From Candidatus Saccharimonadales bacterium (GTDB lineage Bacteria; Patescibacteriota; Saccharimonadia; Saccharimonadales; UBA7683): a stretch of DNA of 64,000 nucleotides. The position numbers were made by a program, and so were the translations under genes. Positions 52,054 to 60,454 of this stretch are shown here, piece by piece (within the stretch, counting starts at the first letter, position 1; each line of letters opens with the position of its first letter). The stretch is taken from NCBI GenBank assembly GCA_046350615.1, contig JAXMAA010000002.1, positions 21,204 through 85,203 on the forward strand, given 5' to 3'. The notes under the pieces were generated by a model. That model made no database searches. It worked only from the letters and a program-made list of their open reading frames with translations, and was not told where the DNA came from.

Positions 52054-53505
52054 ATGGTGCTGTATCGGCGGTTTGAGTTTCGACGAACGACGCTGATGAG
52101 CGTAGGATTTTCTGCGCTGATGGCAGGTATATATGTGGCGCAGTTCGGCATTCAGCCCGAGTGGTTTTGGCTGCTTGTCTTGCCACTTGTTTTGTTTGTG
52201 CCAAAACGCCGGTTTATATCACTACTTGCGGTGCTGGTGGTTAGCTTTATAGTTGGCATGTGGCGGGGCGGCACAATGTTTAATCAGGTTGATCAATACA
52301 AGAAGTTATACAATACCTCAGTTACGGTGGTCGCTCGAGTGGCCGACGATGCTGGAGAGAATCAACGTGGGCAGCTGGAGTTTATGGTGGATAGCATTGT
52401 GCTCGACAAGAACCGGTTGCCAGGCAAGCTGCAAGTTTCAACCTATCAGGATGTTGTGGTGTACCGTGGTGATCGAGTTTCTGTGAGTGCTCAGCTCCGT
52501 TCGGCCAAAGGGACGTCACGGCAGGGCTACCTTTCGGCGGCAAAAGTTGAAGTTTTGGAGAAAAACACGAGTTGGCTAGAGAGTTTCCGGAGCAGGTTTT
52601 TTGCGGCGACAAATGGAGTGCTTGGCCAGCCGTATGGAGTGCTTGGCCTTGGCTATCTGGTTGGGTTGAGGGCTAATATTCCGCAGTTACTGAGCGATCA
52701 ACTGGCCATGACTGGCCTAACGCATATTATTGCCGTGAGTGGCTATAACCTCACAATTATCGTGCAGGCGGTGCGGAAGCTGCTTGGCAAACGTTCGGCC
52801 TATCAATCGGTGATGATAACCGGTCTATTATTAGCAGGGTTCATTGCCGTAGCCGGTGGTAGTCCGTCGATCAATCGTGCGGCGGTGGTGTGTTGCTTGA
52901 GTTTGCTGGCATGGTACTTTGGGCGAAGATTTCAGCCAAGTGTGCTGCTACTTCTGAGCGGTGCGCTTACTGGCTTTGCTAATCCACTCTATGTCTGGGG
53001 CGATCCAGGTTGGTATCTTTCGTTTCTTGCATTTACCGGTGTATTACTGTTGGCGCCGCTTATAAATGAGATGTTTTTTCACGATAAACCACCTCCAATG
53101 CTTGTAGGTATATTAATTGAAACGCTGAGCGCACAATTATTAACATTGCCGTATGTCTTGTTTCTGTTTGGTGAAGTTTCGGTGATTGCTCCGCTCGCTA
53201 ATATATTGGTGCTGCCGTTAATCCCGCTCATTATGCTGGGTGTTTTTGCGACTGGCTGTCTAGCGCTTCTTGCACCATCATGTGCTGCGGTCATGGCTTT
53301 GTTCCCGCAATCACTCTTGGCCCTACAGTTGTGGATTATTGAACATCTCAGTCAGCTTTCTTTTGCAAAGATTGCAATTTCGCTATCGGTCATACGAATG
53401 ATACTTGCTTTTGCGCTTATTCTGCTCGGCATACGAATGTTGCAAGTTGTAGTAAAACGACGTGAGAAATCATCTTTAACAGAGGCCAACCATCTGGTAC
53501 AATAG
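52054..53505 (+). CDS. comEC: ComEC/Rec2 family competence channel (DUF4131 + competence domain, no beta-lactamase domain)
   Basis: ..GLTHIIAVSGYNLTII.. with many TM helices. A TAGTAT box lies 6 nt upstream of the ATG. Confidence 0.8.
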   Translation: MVLYRRFEFRRTTLMSVGFSALMAGIYVAQFGIQPEWFWLLVLPLVLFVPKRRFISLLAVLVVSFIVGMWRGGTMFNQVDQYKKLYNTSVTVVARVADDAGENQRGQLEFMVDSIVLDKNRLPGKLQVSTYQDVVVYRGDRVSVSAQLRSAKGTSRQGYLSAAKVEVLEKNTSWLESFRSRFFAATNGVLGQPYGVLGLGYLVGLRANIPQLLSDQLAMTGLTHIIAVSGYNLTIIVQAVRKLLGKRSAYQSVMITGLLLAGFIAVAGGSPSINRAAVVCCLSLLAWYFGRRFQPSVLLLLSGALTGFANPLYVWGDPGWYLSFLAFTGVLLLAPLINEMFFHDKPPPMLVGILIETLSAQLLTLPYVLFLFGEVSVIAPLANILVLPLIPLIMLGVFATGCLALLAPSCAAVMALFPQSLLALQLWIIEHLSQLSFAKIAISLSVIRMILAFALILLGIRMLQVVVKRREKSSLTEANHLVQ

Positions 53506-53528
53506 AGAGAAGATAACTACGGAGTGCT

Positions 53529-54246
53529 ATGTCAGGACACAGTAAATGGTCAACCATTAAGCGGCAAAAAGAGGCGACCGATGCCAAGCGTGGCGCAGTA
53601 TTTACTAAAATAGGGAACCAAATTGCTATTGCGGCTCGTGGTGGCACTGACCCATCGGCCAACTCGGTTCTAGCATTGGCAATTGAACGTGCAAAAGCTG
53701 CTAATATGCCACTTGCTAATATTCAGCGAGCCATTGACCGCGTGGCAGATAAAAGTGCAGCGCAACTTGAAGAGGTAGTGTATGAAGGCTACGGTCCAGG
53801 CGGAATCGGTATTATTATTGAGGCTGCAACGGATAATAAAAATCGTACGTACCCAGAGGTTCGCACAGCGCTTACTAAAAATGGCGGCACTATGGCGGAG
53901 CCGGGGAGTGTGGCGTTTCAGTTTACTCGTAAAGGCGTTATACGAGTTGCAGCAAGTGGTGAAGATGCGCTTCTTACCATTCTTGATGCCGGGGCTGAGG
54001 ATGCTGTTGAAGAAGATGGCGAAATTATTGTATACACTGCCGCAACTGACCTTTCAAAAGTGAATAGCGAGCTGAAGGCGACTGGACTTGAGGTAAGTGA
54101 CGCAAGCTGGCAGTATGTTGCAGAACAATACAATCGAAATTACCGATGCTGAAGTTGGTCGCAAGATCATGAAGGTGCTCGATGCGCTTGATGATCTTGA
54201 TGATGTAACGAATGTTCACAGTAATTTCGATCTGTTGACTGAGTAA
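53529..54246 (+). pseudogene. yebC: YebC/PmpR family regulator interrupted by a frameshift near 54120
   Basis: The N-terminus MSGHSKWSTIKRQK.. is canonical. Frame 1 stops at 54152 after aberrant ..AEQYNRNYRC. The +1 frame from 54121 reads QNNTIEITDAEVGRKIMKVLDALDDLDDVTNVHSNFDLLTE, the canonical C-terminus. The layout fits a 2-nt loss in a Pro codon (YV[P]QNNT). Confidence 0.8.
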
Positions 54247-54346
54247 AAGCGCCTCATCAAAGGGAGCTGTGAAATCGGGTGGCATATGCGAACCCGGCTC
54301 TACGTATATATAAACTGAGTTACAGAACTAGATTCGTTCTTGGTTT

Positions 54347-54372
54347 GTCATCCTGAACTTGTTTCAGGATCT
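54347..54372 (+). repeat. GTCATYC...GRATC repeat copy, identical to 36860-36885
   Basis: GTCATCCTGAACTTGTTTCAGGATCT (26/26). Confidence 0.85.
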
Positions 54373-54469
54373 CATTCATCCCGACATGGATCAGTGAACT
54401 GGTTATGGATCAAGCGGGGTTTCTGTGGTTTGAGACATATATGTTTGAAAGTTAAGAGATTTTTAAGAT

Positions 54470-56092
54470 TTGCAGAGTAGCATAAGAGCTATGGCAAAGG
54501 GGCGTGCCGTAAAACTAGGTATCATGCGGTTGACGGTATTACTTACCGGATTGCTACTTATTCCATTTGCGAATGTACATGCCCAGGCTGTTTCGCCGTC
54601 ACTGCTGATAACTGAGGTGCAGCCGCAATCTGCTGCCTCAAAAACTGAAGAATTTGTTGAAATATATAACCCAACTGATCAAGCAATAAATGTCAGCACA
54701 TTACAGGTCATTTATTTTTCTGCTGCAAATAATACCGGGCCGCCAATGGCATTGACACCTTCCCTTGCTGGCACCTCGCTCAAGAGCGGAGGATATCTAT
54801 TACTCAAGCAGTCGGGATATGCACTGGCGGCCGATGCTGTTTTTAGTACGAATGGCTTCAGTGATACTGGTGGTCATATTCAGCTTGTATTGCAGGGTCA
54901 GGTTGTGGATACACTCGGTTGGGGGACTGCTCTGTACCCTGAGGCAGAAGCAGCTGAGGCTGTACCAAAAGATAAAACCATTACGCGTAAACAGAATGGT
55001 GTTGGTGTCTTTCAGGATACTGGTAGTAATAAGAATGATTTCTTTGCTGCAGATCCATCACCGGTTGGGGGTGGCATCTCAGAAGATCCGCCGGATGTAT
55101 GTTCAAATATCGATGGCGTGCAAGCAGCCCCGCCAGTAGGTTACGAACAAGTTACAAGCAGCACATGTGATCTTATTAAAGTTTGTCATCTTGAAGTCTC
55201 TGAGATTTCAGCCCAGCCAAACTTTAGTGGCCAGGAATATATAGAACTTTACAATAGCTCATCTTCCGTCTCGACAGCGCAACTGTGCAGTATCAGTATA
55301 AATGGCGGTTCGCAGCGGATACCCCTAGCGCAAGAGGTGTCACCTGGCGCATATCTCATCATGACGTTCGCAAGTGGTGTAATCAGGAACGCTGCCGGAT
55401 CAGTAACGTTGACCCAGTCAGACGGTCACCAGATCATCTATGAATACCCCGATGCTTATTCAGGTCAAACGGTTAATTTTGAGCCGAATTCTCGTGTTGG
55501 CGCAGTGAGTGACCAACCAACACCTGGGGCTATGAATCAGATAATACTTTTTGAAGAAGTATCTGCCAGTAGTGAGGCGAATGGCTCGACAGCACCAGGC
55601 GAATGTCCAGCGGGAAAGTATCGTAACCCGGCTACGAATCGCTGTAAAAATATTGAGACCGCAGTAGCCATACTTACGCCCTGCGATGAGGACGAAGAAC
55701 GAAATCCTACCACTAATCGCTGCCGTAAAGTTGTTACAGCGAGCGCGGCGCTTACTCCATGTGCTGCTGATCAAGAACGAAATCCAGAAACAAACAGATG
55801 TAGAAAAGTTACTGCTTCAACAGTAGAGTTGAAGTCCTGCGAGCCGGGGCAAGAACGCAATCCCGAAACAAATCGTTGTCGCAAGGTATTGGCGCCAGCA
55901 GCGACGAGCGCTGCTAGTGCTGAGGCGCAGCAGGCGGGTGGTAATGCAAGACGCTTCAGGCTCAACGCTGCGATCATTCTTGCCGTATCAGCTGCACTGA
56001 TCGGATATGGCATGTACGAATACCGCACTGATCTGAAAAACTACATACGCAAAATTCGCGACAGCAAAGCACGTGGCCGGCCTCCTGGCTAA
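54470..56092 (+). CDS. secreted protein with two lamin-tail domains, four Cys-x-RNPxTNRC(R/K)K repeats and a C-terminal TM anchor
   Basis: LTD signatures LLITEVQPQSAASKTEEFVEIYNPT and LEVSEISAQPNFSGQEYIELYNSS. The repeats lie at 55604-55887. The start is uncertain among TTG 54470, ATG 54491 and ATG 54524. Confidence 0.65.
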   Translation: MQSSIRAMAKGRAVKLGIMRLTVLLTGLLLIPFANVHAQAVSPSLLITEVQPQSAASKTEEFVEIYNPTDQAINVSTLQVIYFSAANNTGPPMALTPSLAGTSLKSGGYLLLKQSGYALAADAVFSTNGFSDTGGHIQLVLQGQVVDTLGWGTALYPEAEAAEAVPKDKTITRKQNGVGVFQDTGSNKNDFFAADPSPVGGGISEDPPDVCSNIDGVQAAPPVGYEQVTSSTCDLIKVCHLEVSEISAQPNFSGQEYIELYNSSSSVSTAQLCSISINGGSQRIPLAQEVSPGAYLIMTFASGVIRNAAGSVTLTQSDGHQIIYEYPDAYSGQTVNFEPNSRVGAVSDQPTPGAMNQIILFEEVSASSEANGSTAPGECPAGKYRNPATNRCKNIETAVAILTPCDEDEERNPTTNRCRKVVTASAALTPCAADQERNPETNRCRKVTASTVELKSCEPGQERNPETNRCRKVLAPAATSAASAEAQQAGGNARRFRLNAAIILAVSAALIGYGMYEYRTDLKNYIRKIRDSKARGRPPG

Positions 56093-56106
56093 CACATTAT
56101 CCGGCC

Positions 56107-56132
56107 AAAGCCCCGATTGTTCGGGGCTTTTT
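56107..56132 (+). terminator. intrinsic terminator
   Basis: AAAGCCCCG attgtt CGGGGCTTT followed by TT. Confidence 0.75.
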
Positions 56133-56160
56133 ACATCTTCAGCTATACTAGTAGATACAT

Positions 56161-56961
56161 ATGACAAAAGAGGAACTGACCAAATACGCCGATTTTGCTG
56201 AAGGCCTGGCACATCAAGCCGGGAACATCATGCTTTCATATTTTCGTAGCTCAACAAAAACAACCACGTGGAAGCCAGACAATAGTCCTGTAACTCAAGC
56301 CGATTTGGAAATAAACACCTTGGTAATTAACGAAGTCAAGCGCTCCTATCCCGATCATGGAGTTCTGGGTGAGGAAGAGGCATTCGCTATTGAACGGCGT
56401 ATTCTCTGGGTTGTCGACCCAATTGATGGTACTGCCCCTTACGATCTTGGTATGCCTAATTCTACATTTTGCCTTGCACTTGTGGTTGACGGAATGGTAA
56501 TGGTCAGCGTTGTGCACGACCCTTTTAGCAAACGGCTTTTTAGCGCAACACGAGGAGCGGGGGCATACGTAAATGGTAAAAAAATCACGTGCAACAAGAA
56601 CGGAAGCCTGGCTCAGCGCTATGCCTTTGTTCCAACAGGATCAAAAGAAGAACCGCACCTTTTTGAATCGTTTATTAAAGATTTAAAAAAGCGTGGTTCA
56701 AAAACCCTTTTCATCCCAAGCTTCACGTATCTAGCAACACTTGTTTTAGAGGGAAGCGCCAGCGGCGCGTTAATGTCTTATGGTTCACCTTGGGATGCGG
56801 CCGCAATCTCACTGATTGCCGAAGAGGCTGGTGCTACGGCGAGCGACTTATTGGGGAATCGACGATCGTACAGTGAGTGGGGTGATGGGATACTGATTAC
56901 AAATTCGGCATCGCATCAATATTACGTAGATGGGATAGCTCATGCGCGTGCTCGGCATTGA
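56161..56961 (+). CDS. inositol monophosphatase family protein
   Basis: ..GEEE.. and WVVDPIDGT motifs, at 266 aa. Confidence 0.85.
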   Translation: MTKEELTKYADFAEGLAHQAGNIMLSYFRSSTKTTTWKPDNSPVTQADLEINTLVINEVKRSYPDHGVLGEEEAFAIERRILWVVDPIDGTAPYDLGMPNSTFCLALVVDGMVMVSVVHDPFSKRLFSATRGAGAYVNGKKITCNKNGSLAQRYAFVPTGSKEEPHLFESFIKDLKKRGSKTLFIPSFTYLATLVLEGSASGALMSYGSPWDAAAISLIAEEAGATASDLLGNRRSYSEWGDGILITNSASHQYYVDGIAHARARH

Positions 56962-57406
56962 TCCTGGCACGGGCATTGTCGGTTTTGGCGTTATTGATGT
57001 TGTTGGCACCAAGAAAACAATGGTTGATGCGGGCGTTATTCGCACTCCAGCGCATCAGCCAACACAGGAGAGGCTACTTACTATTTATAATGAGCTAAAA
57101 GAGATTATAGCTCAAGCCAAACCTCAGGTTATGGTTGTCGAACAGCTCTTTTTTGCGCGCAACGTTACCACTGCCATGAGCGTTTCGCAGGCTAGGGGGG
57201 TGATTTTACTGCTTGGAGAGCAGTATCAACTTAAGCTTGCTGAGTTCACGCCTCTGCAAATTAAACAGGCAATTACTGGTTACGGCAAGGCTGACAAAAA
57301 GCAAATACAAGAGATGGTACGCATCATACTTGGTCTAAAAGAAATCCCCAAGCCCGACGATTGTGCCGACGCTTTAGCTGCCGCACTCAGCTATAACGCT
57401 AGATAA
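56942..57406 (+). CDS. ruvC: crossover junction endodeoxyribonuclease RuvC
   Basis: MRVLGIDPGTGIVGFGVI.. with a C-terminal ..DDCADALAAAL... Confidence 0.9.
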   Translation: MRVLGIDPGTGIVGFGVIDVVGTKKTMVDAGVIRTPAHQPTQERLLTIYNELKEIIAQAKPQVMVVEQLFFARNVTTAMSVSQARGVILLLGEQYQLKLAEFTPLQIKQAITGYGKADKKQIQEMVRIILGLKEIPKPDDCADALAAALSYNAR

Positions 57407-58145
57407 TTAGTTGCTGGTCGGGGCAGGTTTTGAGGATGTTTTGCATGGCGGTTTTTTCAGCGGCTGTAACCCACAGAGTGTACTTGAGCTTGACACTAAT
57501 TTGACGAGCAACGTAGGTGCAGCGAAAGGGCTTATTAGGCGGAAGCCAAGTCGCGGAGTCCCCATCACTTTTATTTTGGTTAGCGCTACCATCAACTGCC
57601 AGTAAGTTGAGCGGATCGTTGGCGAGCTGCCGTCGAAGCTCGGGCACAAGTTGTTGCGCACCTTTTTGCCAGGCGTCTGAAAGTGCCACGACGTGATCTA
57701 TCTGTATCTTATCGCTGGTGTCCTGTCCGCGGATAAATTGAATAATCTGCCCGGTGTACGGATCATTGAGCGTTCCTGAAAGCACGGTACAGCCATCACC
57801 AAGCTGAACGTTCTGCAGATCTCGCTGCAGAATTTGATTTCGCGTGTTGCAGCTATTCGTCCCTTCCCAGCCATTTCCAAACTGATCACGGCTGTAGCCA
57901 GTCTTGGGCGCTCGCCCTTTCACCAATAACGCATTCAGAGCTTCGCTTGCGTTTTGATACTGCTGCAATGCCGCATCGTTAGTTTTTTCCGTGGTGGCAA
58001 TATTCGTCTCAGCCGGCAGCTCTTCGGTATGCTGCTGCGCATCGAGTGCATACATGCCCGCAATCAGAGCAAGTGCGAGCAATAATGCATTTACCATCCG
58101 TTTGAGCTTAGCTCTCTTGATTAGTAGGGGAGGGGATTGGTCCAT
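57399..58145 (-). CDS. secreted HNH-type nuclease (DUF1524 family)
   Basis: It has a signal anchor. ..GYSRDQFGNGW..CNTRNQILQRDL..DPYTG..IQIDHVVALSDAW..ANDPLNLLAVDGSANQNKSDGD..WLPP matches the DUF1524 extracellular nuclease pattern. Confidence 0.85.
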   Translation of the reverse strand: MDQSPPLLIKRAKLKRMVNALLLALALIAGMYALDAQQHTEELPAETNIATTEKTNDAALQQYQNASEALNALLVKGRAPKTGYSRDQFGNGWEGTNSCNTRNQILQRDLQNVQLGDGCTVLSGTLNDPYTGQIIQFIRGQDTSDKIQIDHVVALSDAWQKGAQQLVPELRRQLANDPLNLLAVDGSANQNKSDGDSATWLPPNKPFRCTYVARQISVKLKYTLWVTAAEKTAMQNILKTCPDQQLII

Positions 58146-58165
58146 ACACCCATTTTACATTGTTT

Positions 58166-58194
58166 GTCATCTTGAGCGCAGTCGAAAGATCTGG
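58166..58194 (+). repeat. GTCATYT...AGATC repeat copy
   Basis: GTCATCTTGAGCGCAGTCGAAAGATCTGG. Confidence 0.6.
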
Positions 58195-58295
58195 CTTTTA
58201 CCAAACCCATCCTCTTTGGCTCAGAGTGTAGCACCATAGCCTCATGATTAAAATGTAACTAAATTGACATAAAGTAAATAATAGTCAAAAAAGTA

Positions 58296-58324
58296 TTGAC
58301 AAACATAAGGTTTTTTGTTATTAT
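58296..58324 (+). promoter_or_regulatory. promoter TTGACA-17 nt-TATTAT
   Basis: TTGACA at 58296-58301 and TATTAT at 58319-58324. Confidence 0.6.
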
Positions 58325-58367
58325 GAAAGGGTAATCGACAAAACACAAAACGAAAGGAACGAGCATT

Positions 58368-58511
58368 ATGCCCGAACAGCTTAAAAGTGCCCCAAATAGT
58401 AAAGAGTTTCAGAAGTATCTGAATAACTTCATTAAAAACAAGGAGCGCCAACATCGCAAAAAGGTCATGCAAGAGATTGCAACCTCTGCCTTGCTGATGA
58501 TTGCCGGCTAA
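58368..58511 (+). CDS. 47-codon small ORF with hydrophobic C-terminal tail (MPEQLKSAPNSKEFQKYLNNFIKNKERQHRKKVMQEIATSALLMIAG)
   Basis: It has a promoter at 58296 and AAAGGA 9 nt upstream. It is below the ORF-track cutoff, and the called antisense ORF 58248-58559 looks spurious. Confidence 0.4.
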   Translation: MPEQLKSAPNSKEFQKYLNNFIKNKERQHRKKVMQEIATSALLMIAG

Positions 58512-58621
58512 TATGCTCAATCCACTCGTTGTGCTCATGAATCTTCGTATGATGCTCACGCATACCTACGCTGCAGTTCAGACAATTCAAAAATCAATAA
58601 CACCAAAAGATATTCGAGTTA

Positions 58622-58650
58622 TTGTAAAAAAGATGCGCTAGCTGTATAAT
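58622..58650 (+). promoter_or_regulatory. promoter TTGTAA-17 nt-TGTATAAT
   Basis: TTGTAA at 58622-58627 and TATAAT at 58645-58650 with a TG extension. The ATG lies 11 nt downstream. Confidence 0.6.
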
Positions 58651-58661
58651 GATAATCTGTT

Positions 58662-58907
58662 ATGAATGAATCAGCACCAGACATCCTACATATCGCCATG
58701 CCTCCTGAGGGCTGGGAGCGTCCCCCTGGAAGTAATCATGAACTGCGATTGTTGCGGGGTGTCGTAGGAGATTTGCCAGTTGATGCTCTTTTTCGTAGGG
58801 CGCGACAAGGAGGAGCCCCCGCAGTTACCGTTGCGGCATATAATGTCGAGCTGTACAAAGCACTTGCATCCGGCCTACGAGGCGCTATTTCAGAAACACA
58901 GCCTTAA
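58662..58907 (+). CDS. hypothetical protein (81 aa)
   Basis: It follows the promoter at 58622. No motif was recognised. Confidence 0.4.
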   Translation: MNESAPDILHIAMPPEGWERPPGSNHELRLLRGVVGDLPVDALFRRARQGGAPAVTVAAYNVELYKALASGLRGAISETQP

Positions 58908-58935
58908 CCCCAGTAGCGTAAGGTATTATGAAGAC

Positions 58936-59157
58936 ATGAGTGAGCTTGAAGAAGTAGCCGAAGGTTGGCGGCTAGAACATACCTCTTACATAGACGCTGA
59001 GATTCTCTGTCAGCTGAAGTTGCACGACCCAGACGCAGCAAAATTTCTTCTTGAGATGGCCGATATCTTGATTTACGAGATGGATTGGGACCAAGACGAC
59101 GCTTCGATTTATATTCTAAACTGGGCGGCGCATACACTATTTGGCTATGAAGATTAA
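58936..59157 (+). CDS. hypothetical acidic protein (73 aa)
   Basis: The start is taken at ATG 58936 (MSELEEVAEGW..). The longer call from 58780 overlaps the previous ORF. Confidence 0.35.
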   Translation: MSELEEVAEGWRLEHTSYIDAEILCQLKLHDPDAAKFLLEMADILIYEMDWDQDDASIYILNWAAHTLFGYED

Positions 59158-59177
59158 CGACTTAAACCCAGTTTATC

Positions 59178-59858
59178 TGCTGGAGGACGGACCCGCAGCA
59201 AGATTAATTATCAGCGAGTTCCCATTTGAGTTCGTCTAATGTTGTCTTCATGCTTTCATAGTCGGAGACAAATTGAAGGTACTCTTTTGTACTTGAGTTG
59301 AAGATTTTCATAACAGGGCTGATATTGAGCCATTCAGGCGATCTATTATGTCGGTAGTTATTGATGCTTGAAAATTCGTAATTTCGCCAGTTTTTTGGGT
59401 TTAGGTGAATGTATCTGGTAATGTGCTCGAGATAGCTCTGATGGTCTATGTGACTAGCGCGATAACGGCTTTGGAACACAGGGCCGACTCGATTGTATTT
59501 TTTGTTGAAATACATGCTGTAGCTGGTCATAAGTGAACGCATAAATTCGGTTAATGCAGCCCTATCTTTTTGATAAACAAGAAGGTGTATATGATTTGGC
59601 ATCAGGCAATATGCAATGAGATTAAGGCGTGGTGCGTAATGAGGATACGTGGTTCTTGCGGGTGATATCTTAGGTTTTTTTGAAAGATACCGTTCAAAGA
59701 GACTGAGAAATATAAGATAATCCTCACGGTTTTGAAACACATCTTGCTTTGCAACGCCACGTGAATAAACATGATAATAACTATCCTCGGCGTACAGTTT
59801 AATGATGTTTCTTCCAGGCATACCAATAGTATATGCTGGAGGACGGACCCGCAGCAAG
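59178..59858 (-). mobile_element. IS200/IS605-family element (tnpA only, RAYT-like) bounded by 25-nt perfect direct repeats
   Basis: TGCTGGAGGACGGACCCGCAGCAAG occurs at 59178-59202 and 59834-59858, both on the + strand. Each can form a TGCTG/CAGCA hairpin. The pair brackets the transposase ORF. Confidence 0.8.
59204..59821 (-). CDS. tnpA: Y1 (HUH) transposase, IS200-like / REP-associated tyrosine transposase-like
   Basis: The start is at ATG 59821 (MPGRNIIKLY..). Motifs are YHVYSRG, HUH in MPNHIHLLV, and catalytic Tyr in RYIHLNP. Confidence 0.8.
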   Translation of the reverse strand: MPGRNIIKLYAEDSYYHVYSRGVAKQDVFQNREDYLIFLSLFERYLSKKPKISPARTTYPHYAPRLNLIAYCLMPNHIHLLVYQKDRAALTEFMRSLMTSYSMYFNKKYNRVGPVFQSRYRASHIDHQSYLEHITRYIHLNPKNWRNYEFSSINNYRHNRSPEWLNISPVMKIFNSSTKEYLQFVSDYESMKTTLDELKWELADN

Positions 59859-59881
59859 TAGAATTGTGGGATAATTAAAGT

Positions 59882-60454
59882 ATGATTTCGATGCTTCGCG
59901 GTTTGGTCAGTGAAAAAGATGGCGGTGTGGTGCTGGAGTGTCACGGCGTTGGGTATGGTGTGTCTGTTTCGAGCGGTGATCATGATGCCCTTAAACTTGG
60001 ACAGGAAGCAAAGCTATACATTCACGAGCATATAAAAGAAGATGCACATGATTTGTATGGGTTTGTGGCAAAAGATACCAAACAGCTTTTTGAGCAGCTT
60101 CTGAGTGTGAAGAATGTTGGGCCAAAAGTGGCGCTGAGCGTGCTGGATATTGGCTCAAGCAATACTGTGCGCTTGGCGATTGCCGAAGGGAACGTTAAGC
60201 AATTGCAGACCGCCAAGGGCGTGGGCAAACGCGCGGCTGAGCAGATTGTGGTAGAGCTGCGAGACAAAGTTGGCGCACCAGTTGGCGACGCCGCAGAAAA
60301 CCTTGTTTCGCGCGCAGGCATTAACCAAAACGACGAAGCCCTGCAGGCGCTAACCGCTCTAGGTTACACTGAAGCCGACGCCCAACTCGCCCTCCAAAAC
60401 ATCGACCCCACGCTCCCCCTTGAAAACCGCATAAAACAAGCTCTTAAGAAATAA
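59882..60454 (+). CDS. ruvA: Holliday junction DNA helicase subunit RuvA
   Basis: MISMLRGLV.., HhH motifs ..VKNVGPKVAL.. and ..AKGVGKRAAEQI.., and a C-terminal domain III. Confidence 0.9.
   Translation: MISMLRGLVSEKDGGVVLECHGVGYGVSVSSGDHDALKLGQEAKLYIHEHIKEDAHDLYGFVAKDTKQLFEQLLSVKNVGPKVALSVLDIGSSNTVRLAIAEGNVKQLQTAKGVGKRAAEQIVVELRDKVGAPVGDAAENLVSRAGINQNDEALQALTALGYTEADAQLALQNIDPTLPLENRIKQALKK

Noticed and set aside
58248-58559. 103-aa minus-strand ORF
   Set aside because: It overlaps a plus-strand promoter and a 47-codon ORF, has no start context and gives an implausible sequence.
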